This document shows positions 12,194 through 23,266 of a stretch of DNA of 46,441 nt, one piece after another. Position numbers and translations under genes: made by a program. Each line of letters opens with the position of its first letter. Within the stretch, counting starts at the first letter, position 1. This DNA comes from Chara braunii (taxonomy: Eukaryota; Plantae; Charophyceae): positions 1,490,879 to 1,537,319 of the forward strand of contig BFEA01000041.1 in NCBI GenBank assembly GCA_003427395.1, in the 5' to 3' direction. The notes under the pieces were generated by a model. That model was not told where the DNA came from and did not search any database. It saw only the letters and a list, made by a program, of their open reading frames with translations.

Positions 12194-14329
12194 ATCGGGC
12201 CTCGATCCGACCTCCGTCCTACCGAAATTGCGCTAGGGAAAAGAGAGGAGGAAGAAGAAGAAAACGAAGACGATGGGGAAGAAAAAGAAAGAGCATGAGT
12301 GAAAAAAAGTCGTGTTCACCCGTTTCTTGGTGGAAACAGTTGAGGGACGAGCCAATCACATGGTTTTCGCCCTAGGTGGGTTTAGTGGCAAGCTTGTTTT
12401 GGTCATGAGAAGAGAGAGATGGGCAGCAAATGAAGGAGGTGTGAGGAAGGGTCGAGGAGAAAATAAGAGAGCGGGAGCATGAGTAAAAATTTTGTATCTC
12501 GCTCTTTTTTTAGTGAAAAGGAGTGGGAGAAGACTCTAACCGAAGGTTTTGACGCATTGTGAGAGGATTGGGCGCATTAGATTTTCAAATGAGGCATTCG
12601 TTTGGCTGGTATCCGTGTTGGGCCCTCCGCGAGGGCAACGAGGCATAGTGACGAAGTGGAAGGAAGCGAATTTCGGGCTTTCACGACGACACTTTTGTTA
12701 TTGAAGGAGCGATGGCTAACGGGCTAGTGGTAGGTGAGTGAGTTATAGGAGAGGAAAGGCAAGGAAAAGGTGATAGCTAGGGGGTTGACATGACACTTAC
12801 CTGACTGGTGTGTCCATGATCACTAAGGCGAATGAACTTGGACACCGGCCCTTGCCACATGCATGGGGAAAATAATAGTAATAAAACTTGTATTCGTCTA
12901 TGAACTAGGTTCACTCCCATTTTTGCAGATCCGACGATTGGTGGGACCGGGATCTTTTCGGAATGGCAGTGATTACCCCTGTGCTTGTCGTTGGTCTTCT
13001 TCACAGTCGCCTTCCTGATCGTGATTAAGCCCGCTGTCTACATGCTCGACATTCCTCTGAAGCCTAGTTATGCCTTCGCACCACTTCGGTAATAATCTTC
13101 ATTTTCAGTCGGGGTACCGAATGACAGAGGAGTAGGAAGTCGAGAGAGGGCAAACGTACAGAGAGGGAAGGGAAAGGTCGAGGGGGAACTACCTGCATCC
13201 AGTCAGTATCCCGAACAGGTACGTTCAAGGGAATCAACGAGAGAAAGTAGATTAAGGTAAGAGAGGCCGACAAATTGGAAGGGGGAGAATTACAGCAACG
13301 GGTCTCTACACGCGAGTGAAAGGTTGAGTAAGTTGGTGATGAATCTTTTCGGCTTGTAGTAGAAGATTCACTCTCATTACACATTGAAGAATGCTAAGTG
13401 CGGGTCGTAGTGTTGGTCGTGGCCATCTTCTCTCGTTTTGGTGGTCGGCGCCCGTGTCCATGTTGCTCATGATTGCACTAATATTTGTGATCAGGTTGCG
13501 CCTCGAGTACCTCATGCTATTTGTAGGGGTTGAGATCTAAGTGTTGTTGGACGTCATCGTCACCGTGAGCTCGTCCTCGATCGTGCTCATGCTATTCGTG
13601 AAATTCATTGTGGCGTCCCCCATATTTATTATGACGATGTACGTTTCCATGTTCTAGCGAAAGATTCATTCTCATTATTGCACATTAAATTAAATGAGTA
13701 ATAAAGTAAAGTTTGCAACCAAAGTCGTGCCTATCTATGTTATGTTTGTAATCCCGTACTTGTTCGTCATACCACACCTACATTAACATGTGTAGCACAA
13801 TTGTTTCCCTCACCACCGCTACCATCATACCAATTCATCTCGTGGCAATAACTTTCTTTGTCATAATCATGGTCATCATGTCCTGCCATTGAATTGCCTT
13901 TCCTCATAGTCGAGGTAGCCCATACTCGAAGTTGTATGCTTGATTCTATTCATTTGAAGTCACATTCGATCGTCGACTGATGGTGCCCACGACCCTCAGA
14001 TCTTAAAGTCTACATCGCGGTCTTTCCTATTGCTTATGGCATGGTCACTTTACGGGATCAGAATCTGATCATGAACTCAACCAGAGGAACGTTGTTTATT
14101 TGCAGTAATACTAAGTCCTGGCCAAGTGAGTGAGTGTGAGGCACCAAGAGGAGCATAGAGAGGAAGGAAACCAAAGCGCAAAGCAAAGGAGTAACGCATG
14201 TATCGAAACGTGGGATCGAGCGGGGGGAGAGAATGAGAAAACAAGGGAACGAAAGCGCTACAAGGAAGTAGGCGACATCGTAAAGGAGGCAGAGGGAAAA
14301 TGCTTACCAACTGGACATTGTAACTAGGA

Positions 14330-15530
14330 GTTGTTGGTCATTCGGGTTGCCTACGACTTTTTTTGAGGGGGCAGAATAACGGTGTCTCGAGATTAGTATA
14401 ACAGAGGTGAGTAACTGTGATTGGGAGGGAGTTGTTGTTGATCCGACAGCAACAAACTGTGCATCTTGCTGCCAATACCGCCGTACTTTGCTGCTATTTC
14501 ATACGAAAATAAGAACGCGTTGTTGCAACCTAGATTGTTACTACTGTTGGGGGACGAAGTTTGTTGTGTTTTCTGCTGGACCACTGTATCTCTTACTGCT
14601 GTTATTGTCTTTGGTGTTGTTGCTGCTACGAAGTTGGAGTGTAGTCGTTGCCGTATATTCAAGTATTATTGTTGACCTCAACAGGCCAGTACTGGCAGTT
14701 TCTTGTCGTGGCTATGCTCAAAGTGTAAGCGCTTCTATTGTTGTTGCTACAAGTGGTTGTTACTCAGGTTCAGCAGGGTGACCGTCGTTTATCTGCTGCA
14801 GCTTTGTTGACTAACGTGGCCACATTGCTAACTTCGTGGGCCTTGGACAACAGTAAGAAATATTGACCAACCCTTGACTATGTGAGCTACAGTCTGAGTC
14901 TTAGACCGTTTTGAGGAGACAAGTTTTATTACGAGTGTGGCAACCAGTTTACTTTCTGCAATTGAGTGAACTTGGATGCTTCATCATTAAGCAAACGGTT
15001 GAACTTGGGATCGTTGCCACCAACCATGTTGTTGGATGGGTTCGCTGGGTCGTTGACTGTGGGGATCTTCCTGCTCATTTACGCTCGCGTTCGAAAGCAC
15101 GCAAGGGGGTTGCTCTATTTGAACACAGGATATAGCGATTGTTTGGTAAGAGGTGGAAGCACACCGACTTGGAGAGGCGGTTAGGCTCCGCAAGGGGGTT
15201 GCTATTACAACTTGGAGGTCTCACAAAAGGTTGTTATTCATCGTTTCTGTTGTAGTTTGATCGTCTCCACCGTGCTCCTTGGCCACTATTGCGGGACCCT
15301 CCCTACGGGAGGCTGAGTGACCCCTCGGGAATCTTGAGAGACTGATACCCCTTCCTTTATCCTTCTTATTCTCCGTCTAGTCTAACATTCGGGAGAGGAA
15401 GGCGGCAGGTAGGATTGCAACCCATAAGACCCCGATGGGACCTTGTGGGAGGTCCACCCACCAATTGCGGGAGCTCTGCCGGATCCTAGGCTGGTCTCTG
15501 GAGGCAGGGAACTCAAGAGGTAGGCCGACA
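14330..15530 (-). mobile_element. Possible heavily decayed LTR retrotransposon 5' end (LTR-like segment plus Gln/Ala-rich gag-like sequence)
   Basis: Minus strand begins TGTGTC at 15530; downstream CAA/GCA-rich broken reading frames; no diagnostic motif intact. Confidence 0.3.
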
Positions 15531-15825
15531 CAAATCCATTTGAATCCCAATAAACCCTTACCTATACAAACCCGCGTATATTGTTTGGTTTTGACTTATA
15601 AATACATTTTGTTTTATTTTTCGGGACTTTAATTGAATCAAAAACGAAATCTACTATGTATGATTAATAATTCTTCTGCCTGTGGTGAAACTCATGATTT
15701 TTACATGTGATGATTTGAATGGGTTTGAATATGATGTCGTATCGACTGATCCGGACGCTTTGATTTTGTTGTTGCAAGGTCTAAATACTTTGTTGTTACA
15801 AGTTTCATCATTGTGTGCTGAACAG

Positions 15826-16308
15826 CCAAGCGTGTCACTTTATGTCACGGCCTTGGGAATACTTTGTTTGGACTGTGTGCTGAAAGGTTAGGCGTGTCAC
15901 TTTTTGGCACGACCTTGGGAATGCTTTGTTTGGACTGTGTGTTGGAAGGCCCGGCGTGTCACTTTGTAGCACAACCTTGGGAATGCTTTGCTTGGACTGT
16001 GTGATGAAACACCAGTCGTGGCAGGTGTGTTACTTTGTGGCACGGTCTTGGGAATGTTTTGTTTGGACTACTTGTTGAACAGTCAGGCGTGTCACTTTGT
16101 GGCACGACCTTAGGAATGCTAACTTTGGTTGCTTGTTGAAAGACCAAGCGTGTCACTTTGTGGCACGACCTTGGAAGTGCTAACTTCGTTTGCTTGTTGA
16201 ATGGCCAAGCGTGTCACTTTGTGGCACGACCTTGGGAGTGCTAACTTCATTTGCTTGCGGAGCGGCCAGACGTGTTACTTGTGGCACCGATCTTGAGAGT
16301 GTTTAACT
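15826..16308. repeat. Minisatellite, 8 units of ~61-62 bp, each with an 8-bp hairpin
   Basis: Core CGTGTCAC-TTT-GTGGCACG at 15831, 15893, 15955, 16026, 16088, 16149, 16210, 16271. Confidence 0.9.
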
Positions 16309-18392
16309 ATATATACATGTTGAAATAAAAACGAACTAGGAAAGTTAGGATTTGTTAATGAATAAGATACAAGACTCATGTTTAGTTAAGAGAGTGAGGT
16401 ATGATCAAGACAAAGCAAAAGGTGAAAACTTTGGTGGAACAACCCCCTTGGTTTGCAATGGTTGAATAAGTTGTTGTTCACATGACATGTTTGCTGGCAA
16501 TGCCTTGTCCTTTGTTCACAACTCTGTATGTCTCTACTTTAGTAGGGTAATATGTTAGTGTTCGCCTTATGCTTGAGCGATAGGCAAGTAGTTGTCTACC
16601 TTTTGCTGGTTCCACATCATCTTTGTGCATAATAGCTTTAGTAAGATCTTGACTAGCTTACGAGTTTAGAATAAATTATGGGAGCTTCCTTCCTTACGGG
16701 GAGGAGCAGTCGAAAATTTTGCTGAAATGTCAACGTTAGTTAAAGTCTTGGGACGTCATTTGGGTTATAATTAATTTTAATATTTGGGGTTGGTAAAAAA
16801 TTATGAAAATTTTCCTTGCTAAAGGAAGTGTTGCCGAAATTTATACTAAAACCAAAGAGTTAATTTATGTTTAGATAGTTTTTAAATTTTGAGTTTTCTT
16901 CTTGGGCTAAATATTATTTGAGCACACTTCCCTAAACGAAGTGTTGCCAAATTTTTAATTATTCTTATATCGATTACCGGATGCCGCCGCTAAGTAGGTT
17001 ATAATGCGATACAAAGTCGATTTTTGTTAACTTGACAGGCGGTGTCTGCCTTGATTTTTTGTGACACAGGTCACCGTTAACTCTCGGAGGTCTTCAACTT
17101 AATGAACTTTTACTATCGAATTGATAGCAGGTCGGTTTGCGACTCAATTCCTACCCACCATGATACCCCGTTCAAAAGTTTGTGACGCCGTGGGCGAAAG
17201 ACGTTTCCTTGTAAATGAAATTCCTACTCTTGAAACCTATCTTGATCGACCATGCAAAAGTTGTATGAATAGAACGAGAGGGTATGCCTTTGTTGACGGG
17301 GATCGAAAAAGGGGGTGAGAAATATAAATTTCAGAACAAATGGGTTGACCACATTTGTGACACTTGCGTGTGGATTTTCGTTGGGCTTCATGTGTGTGCA
17401 TGTACGTATAGGAAGAAGGATTTGCCCCTAGATTGAGAAAGATATGGGTGAATGATTGCAGGGTGCGAGTGACAAAATTCTATTGTGGTTATGAAAACGG
17501 CTATCCCCGATACTTTTTTTTTTTTTTTTCCATTTTTTCTTGCCACCCGCATTTAGCGAAGAGGGCAAGAATAGTCAAGCGCAAAGTTTAGCGCTCGACT
17601 CCCGACTGAAATGAAACTCGGTTTGGGTACGACAAATTGCTCGCTTATCCATACCTACCTTTTTCATGCGTGAAAGAAACGAGTTGACCCCACCTTGAAG
17701 GGTTTTGCTTTTACTTTTTGTCGAACGTTGGTTTTGAACCCGAAATTCAAGGTTCTTGTCCATAACATTATAGGTTTTAGTCCAGCACAAAAGGGTTTCC
17801 CCCATGTGCTGAACTCTCACCCCTTGTTAACTGCCTCCCATTGCCTAAAAGCCAAGAGCGCCACAAGGGTTGAACGACTTATCCTTCAACCGTTTTATAT
17901 CGTGATGGAGTTTCTTTCACGAGATTTCACTTTTGACACTTGAGTGTCATACGCAACCATAAAAACCCATGAGAGGTTGCGCGGTTGAGGGTAACGCATG
18001 AAGTGTCGTCATGACAATCGATCAAGTGAGTACACATGATTGAGTGTTATATCTCTCTCGTGCGTGCATTATTTTTATGCAACTTTGCAGGGGCCTCATC
18101 CAGATGCTCTACCGTCTTTGGAGTTATGCGCCGGAACGTTTGAAAAAGGGATGAGGCATATATGCATGTAAGAGTTACTAATATTATTTTGTTGTGTGAC
18201 GCACGGTTCGGTTATGATGCCCTAATCGACTGATGCAGAATCGCGTGTGGGAGATGAGCGCCTCACGCAACGGTTCGCATGCGGGTCTGATCTAGGTGTG
18301 GACTGCACATACCCCCTCTTCTACAACGTACGAGAAACGCCCTTGGTTGGGCCACCTCCGAGATTGCATTAAAAACTTCCACGTGTGGCTAA

Positions 18393-18790
18393 GTAGCTTA
18401 GCGGGGATACGCCCACCCAAGAAATGGTGACAACTCACGCAGATGGAGGTAAGTTGTACCTCGTGAGACCCTATCCTGTCGTAGGGGCGTGATTCAGGTA
18501 TAGCTGGCGCACTCGGCCAGAGCCACTCCGCTGATTCCCTTCATGTGATGCAACTCGCAAACATGCCAATCCTGCGTAATGCGACCGGAAAGGTCCTCTC
18601 TAAGGGTAGCTCAGTGGGGATACGCCCACCCAAGGGATGGTGACAACTCCCGCAGCGAGACCCTATCCTATCATACGGAGGTACAACGGTGCAATCGGCT
18701 AGAGCGGCTCCGCTGGTTCCCTTTACGTGATGCAACTTGCAAATATGCCAATCCTGCGTGATGCGACCGAAAAGGTCCCCTCCGCGGGGA
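18393..18790. repeat. Diverged head-to-tail dimer, period 213 bp
   Basis: GTAGCT(T/C)AG(C/T)GGGGATACGCCCACCCAAG at 18393 and 18606; shared tail ...TGCCAATCCTGCGT(A/G)ATGCGACCG(G/A)AAAGGTCC. Confidence 0.85.
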
Positions 18791-19542
18791 CCGTGCACTC
18801 AACAACGTCAATGCAAACAAACCAGTGCCAACATGTATTTTCCTGATGTTTCACATTTTGTTTAAACTTGGTCGGGAGTACACACGGGTTCCTGTTATTC
18901 CACCTTAATCGGTTACGGCATAATGTTACCACATTGAAAAACACTCGAAAGGAAAACCAAAACTCAATTAGTGAGCCTCAACCTTATATTCGCAACCCTT
19001 AAACATGTCGTACAACATGATGTGTCATCTGTACTCACAAGTCACTTTTTATTGTTTGAATAATCACTACTACGTGGATTCTATAGGAGTTACATATGTT
19101 TGAGTTTTCAAACTATATGTTAAGAATGGTTATTATTCAAACTACATACATTGTAAAAAAAATGATTGTTCTCGAAAAATATTTTGAAGGTAAAAACAAA
19201 GGTTTAGGCTAAGCGGGGGAAAAGGGGGGGAGGTATGCAAAATTTTGATTATGCCAACTGACGAGTGGATATACCTTGCCCACTGCGTAGAAGCATATAA
19301 CAGTTCGAAATTCGTTGTCTCACAACTCCTAACCATACATATAAAAAAAAAAACTTAACATTGATCAATCCTACGAGTCAATCACAGAAAGTGGTTTCTC
19401 TTTTTCTTTTTGTCTCATTGATGAAGAGATCAAGATGTATTTCACAAAAATTTATAGAATCTCAGTAAGCTTTGTCGTTGGCCAAGGACCGTTGACATTA
19501 TTCTCATTTACTGTTTTTTTGCTTACCGAACATTGTTTATGC

Positions 19543-19625
19543 CTGTATAGCACGGCGAAAGTGTTCACGCCCCTCCACATTCGCATGAACAGCTCGCGTA
19601 CATGTTCGGACAAACATTTTTTTGT
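19543..19625 (+). mobile_element. Truncated end of MITE family A
   Basis: CTGTATAGCACGGCGAAAGTGTTCACGCCCC matches the terminus of copies at 26771 and 44751. Confidence 0.7.
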
Positions 19626-19684
19626 CTTATATGAATATATAACGTTGCCAAGCCGAACGTACGGAGGCTCCTAAGTTTATCCAA

Positions 19685-19982
19685 AATGTTCGGGTCCCCG
19701 TACGCATCTCAAACCCAAAAGGGTTCGAACCCCACAAAAACATATTTTGATACCTAAATATAATTATTATTTTCTGATTTTTTTTAGGCGGGTTCTTCGT
19801 AATGAAATGTATCTTCCTCTTAATTTTTCAGTTGACCCCGAACGTTCAGGTCCCCGTAAGCATCTCGAACCCAAAGAGGTTCGAACCCCACAAAACATAT
19901 TTTGATACCTAAATATGATTATTATTTTCAATTTTTTTTAGGCGAGTTCTTCGTAATGAAAAATATCTTCCTCTTAATTTTG
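19685..19982. repeat. Tandem duplication, period ~156 bp
   Basis: Two copies of GTTC(G/A)GGTCCCCGTA...GGTTCGAACCCCACAAAA...TATCTTCCTCTTAATTT. Confidence 0.85.
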
Positions 19983-19989
19983 AAGGCAT

Positions 19990-20470
19990 TCTATTTAGCC
20001 AAAAAAAAAAAAAAAATCGAAAAAGATGGTGGTGTCAAAACTTGTTTGCCCACGTAGTAATTTGTTTTTTCTCACTTTCCACTTTTTGTTTTTCCTTCCT
20101 TTCTGAGCATGAAAAAAAATATTATTTTTTTCAAACCTTATTTGTAGGTTCTCAATTATGTAAGATACACATATATAAATTTTCATGAAATTTGTCAAAG
20201 CCAAAAACAATGAAAAATTGACAAAGATGGCGGTATCAAAAACGTGCTCGCCCACTTAATAATTTTATTATCATTTTTTATTATTATTTTTTTACTTATA
20301 TTTGTTATTTTTTCAAATTTGGTAAAGAATTTGAATGTAACGTTGAAGCAAATATTATTCAATTTATTCTTCTGCATAACTTTTTTTTTTGTCTGCGAAC
20401 GAACGAACGCGCCGAGAGAGGGTCCCGAATGTTCAGGCGTTCGACTCATCCCGAATATCGGTCGATTGAG
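19990..20470 (-). mobile_element. MITE family C fragment (hAT-like)
   Basis: Reverse-complement similarity to 21551-21950; AAGATGGCGGTGTCAAAA motifs; subterminal CCGAACG repeats. Confidence 0.6.
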
Positions 20471-20906
20471 GCAAAGTGGCGCAGTATTTGCAACTGTGAA
20501 TCCAAAGGCCCTAACTGAAATGTAATGCGCATAATCCGCAGAAAACCAATCATTGTGACAAGTTTTTCTAAAAAATTGTACAACACTATTTATATCTACA
20601 TAGCAACGAGTTCACGTTCGAAGGTGAACGCGAACATGTTCGCCTGAACACGAACAAGCGCCCCAAAACCTCCGAACGCGAACATAAAAAATATTTAAAA
20701 AAAAATAAAAATCTCAAAAAAATATGAAAAAAATATAAGTTACGTAGAATAACAATACAAGCAAATTTTTCCTTGGAGTCATGTTCAAATTCGTAGCCAA
20801 TCATGAGTAAAAATTTAAAAACCAAATATATATATATATATATATCGTTACAAACAGAACTGTCCGATAAACCGTAGGCAGAGAGAGAGAAGAGGACAAT
20901 AAACAA

Positions 20907-20974
20907 GGGGCTGTTTCGTCGGAGTTTCACCGACTCATCAGGAGGCTGAACCCTCAACGGTCTACAAAATCCCC
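20907..20974 (-). ncRNA. Type III hammerhead ribozyme, copy 1
   Basis: Minus strand: ...AGACCGUU^GAGG-GUUCAG-CCUC-CUGAUGA-GUCGG-UGAAACU-CCGAC-GAAAC-AG...; intact CUGAUGA and GAAAC boxes, paired stems I and II; stem III partly lost. Confidence 0.85.
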
Positions 20975-21318
20975 TCACTGATTACACTGTAAATGATAAT
21001 CTACCTTAACCAAAATCAAAGTAGACTATCACTCACCCACACCAAATGAAAAACTCTACAGACTGTCGGTTCACACCCCATCACAAGCCAGCAAAACATC
21101 CACGAAACAAAGAAAGGTCTGTCACAGCCAAAAAATACACTCCAGATACGTCGCTGGCACAAGAGGCACAACATGGCCGCCTAGTAACGGCCCCGACCGC
21201 TGCCGCTCGACCTGACCGAAAAAACCGTAGCAGGAAGCTAGCGAAGTCGTAGCATATATCGTCACAATCAGAACTGCCCGGTAAACCGTAGGCAGAGAGA
21301 GAAGAGGACAACATACGA

Positions 21319-21396
21319 GGGGCTATGACAAACTGTTTCGTCGAAGTTTCACCGACTCATCAGGAGGTTGAACCCTCAATAATCTGCAGAATCCCC
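21319..21396 (-). ncRNA. Type III hammerhead ribozyme, copy 2
   Basis: Minus strand: ...GCAGAUUAUU^GAGG-GUUCAA-CCUC-CUGAUGA-GUCGG-UGAAACU-UCGAC-GAAAC-AGUUUGU...; core intact; A.C mismatch next to the cleavage triplet. Confidence 0.8.
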
Positions 21397-21550
21397 TCAC
21401 TGATTACACTGTAAATGATAATCTACCTTATATATATATTTTACGGAAAAAAATTATGTTCGCTCGAACATGTTCGCGAGAACGCGCTCGTGCGAGCGTG
21501 AAGGGGTGTGTGCGAAAACGTTTGCCGTGCTACGCATATGTATATATATG

Positions 21551-21652
21551 CACGTTAATCAACGATCGGGACGGGCCGAACGGCCAAACCCGAACGCCCG
21601 AACGTTTGGGACCCCCTCTCGACGCGTTCAGACGTTCAGCCGAACGCGGAAC

Positions 21653-21701
<49 letters not shown>

Positions 21702-21950
21702 AAAAATGTTGAAAACAAAATATGTCATGCAAAAGAATAAACTAAACAACATTTGCCTTAACAGTACAGCCAAATTCCTTACCAAATTTGAAATAAAAAT
21801 CAAATATAAAAAATAAATAATATTAATGAAAATAAGCAAAAATAAAACGAGAATGAAATTATTGCGTGGGCGAGCAAGTTTTTGACACCGCCATCTTTGG
21901 CGATTTTTCATTCCCACAAAACTAAACGCTAAACACTTCATTGGTAATTA
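21551..21950 (+). mobile_element. MITE family C fragment (hAT-like)
   Basis: Degenerate terminus, CCGAACG subterminal repeats, poly-A, shared AT-rich core, TTTTGACACCGCCATCTT motif. Confidence 0.6.
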
Positions 21951-22086
21951 TGTGTTTCTTTTACACCTATTTGCCTAGCTCGAACTAAAGCTAAACAAGA
22001 AAATTAACCGACAAATTTAAGCAAAATACAAGATTTACGACCCAAAAATTCCGAAAAAAAAAGGTATGCAAACTAAGCGTTGTCCC

Positions 22087-22125
<39 letters not shown>

Positions 22126-22742
22126 ACTATTAAGCTTATAAAGCAATATCCGTATTAAATTAAAAAAAAAAAAAATGTTAAAAAAAAAACTTAGGTAATA
22201 AAATATTATGTGTGCCAAGGTCACTAACCCATACGTACGGAGGTTCCAAGATCGACCTCCGTATGTACGAGCGTTCGGGGTTCGAAACCGACGACATTGG
22301 GCCCCCGCAAAAAAAATAAATTTAGGGCTTAAAACTGAGTTTTTTTTAGGGCTTAATTTTGAGGTCATTTTGCTAAGCCAAAAAACGAACAAAATCGCCA
22401 AAGATGGCGGTGTCAAAAAATGCTCGCACAATCACAATTGTTTTTTTTCATTTTTTACTTTTGTTTTCACTTTATTGCGGGGCCTAAGAAATTGAATTAT
22501 TTTTTGAAACAGTTATCTAATATGAAGTACACATCTATATATTTTTAGGGTATTTCGCTGTGTCAAAAAACAATGAAAAATCGCCAAAGATAGCGGTGTC
22601 GAAAACGTGCTCGTTCACTTGCTAATTTTTTAAAATTTTTAATATTATTTAAAAAAAAAAACTAACCTATATTATCTCTCAAAATACCTACTTACATCTT
22701 AGCAACTGCGAATGTCAGCATCTTAGGATATTTATCTGAGAC

Positions 22743-23014
22743 CTAGGCTACCAGCCGGGCCGCCCGGGTCACCCTATTTTCCCGGGCGGCCCGACCGTGC
22801 AAGGATTAAGAAAGGCCCCAACCAAAAAAAAAAAAAAAAAAAAAAAAATCAAAAAAAACTATGTTATGCAGAAAAACAAATTCAACAACTTTTGCCTCAA
22901 GGTCACATCGAAATTCGTTACGAAATTTAAAATAAAAATTACAATTCGAAAACTATTTTTTATATTTTTTTAGCTCGGCCGGACAAGTGGACCCCGACCA
23001 CTCTGGTAACCTCG
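22743..23014 (+). mobile_element. hAT-like MITE family B
   Basis: TIRs CTAGGCTACCAG / CTGGTAACCTCG; perfect 8-bp TSD TCTGAGAC (22735-22742, 23015-23022). Confidence 0.9.
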
Positions 23015-23029
23015 TCTGAGACAGTCTGC

Positions 23030-23266
23030 GACAAACTCCTAAATCTCTCTACTCTACACGGGGAGTAGCACCCAAGCTGCTAGCACCTAGCGTGAGCTGG
23101 AAAGCCATTGGCTCCCAACCAACCAGGGGACTCAAACCAGTCACGTCAACTGGAGAACCCGAAGCGCATCACATGGGGCCGTGGGGATGAAACGGATGAC
23201 GTGAGGAATCGAAACCACGACCTCCTACAAACCACTTTCGTGCTCAAACCAACTGAGATACCCCGC
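23030..23266 (-). mobile_element. tRNA-derived SINE, copy 1
   Basis: Minus strand head GGGGTATCTCAGTTGGTTTGAGCAC (A-box-like) ... GGTTTCGATTCC (B-box-like); body homologous to 29660-29903. Confidence 0.75.

Larger units (their letters stand above)
20840..21430 (-). mobile_element. Retrozyme-like / non-autonomous Penelope-like element: direct repeats 20840-21008 and 21254-21430 around a ~245-bp internal region, inserted in (TA)n
   Basis: Two similar ~170-bp direct repeats, each with a hammerhead core; (TA)n on both flanks; no convincing ORF. Confidence 0.8.
20596..21537 (-). mobile_element. hAT-like MITE family A copy, interrupted by the hammerhead element
   Basis: TIRs CTACATAGCAA / GTGCTACGCAT; 8-bp TSD ATTTATAT / ATGTATAT (7/8); colinear with the 44414-44751 copy once 20840-21430 is removed. 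Confidence 0.85.

Noticed and set aside
15826-16308. CRISPR array interpretation
   Set aside because: Spacers are homologous to each other, there are no cas genes, and the context is eukaryotic.
16680-16960. GAAGTGTTGCCGAAATTT motifs resembling gypsy LTR sub-terminal sequence
   Set aside because: No LTR boundaries, PBS or PPT could be placed with confidence.
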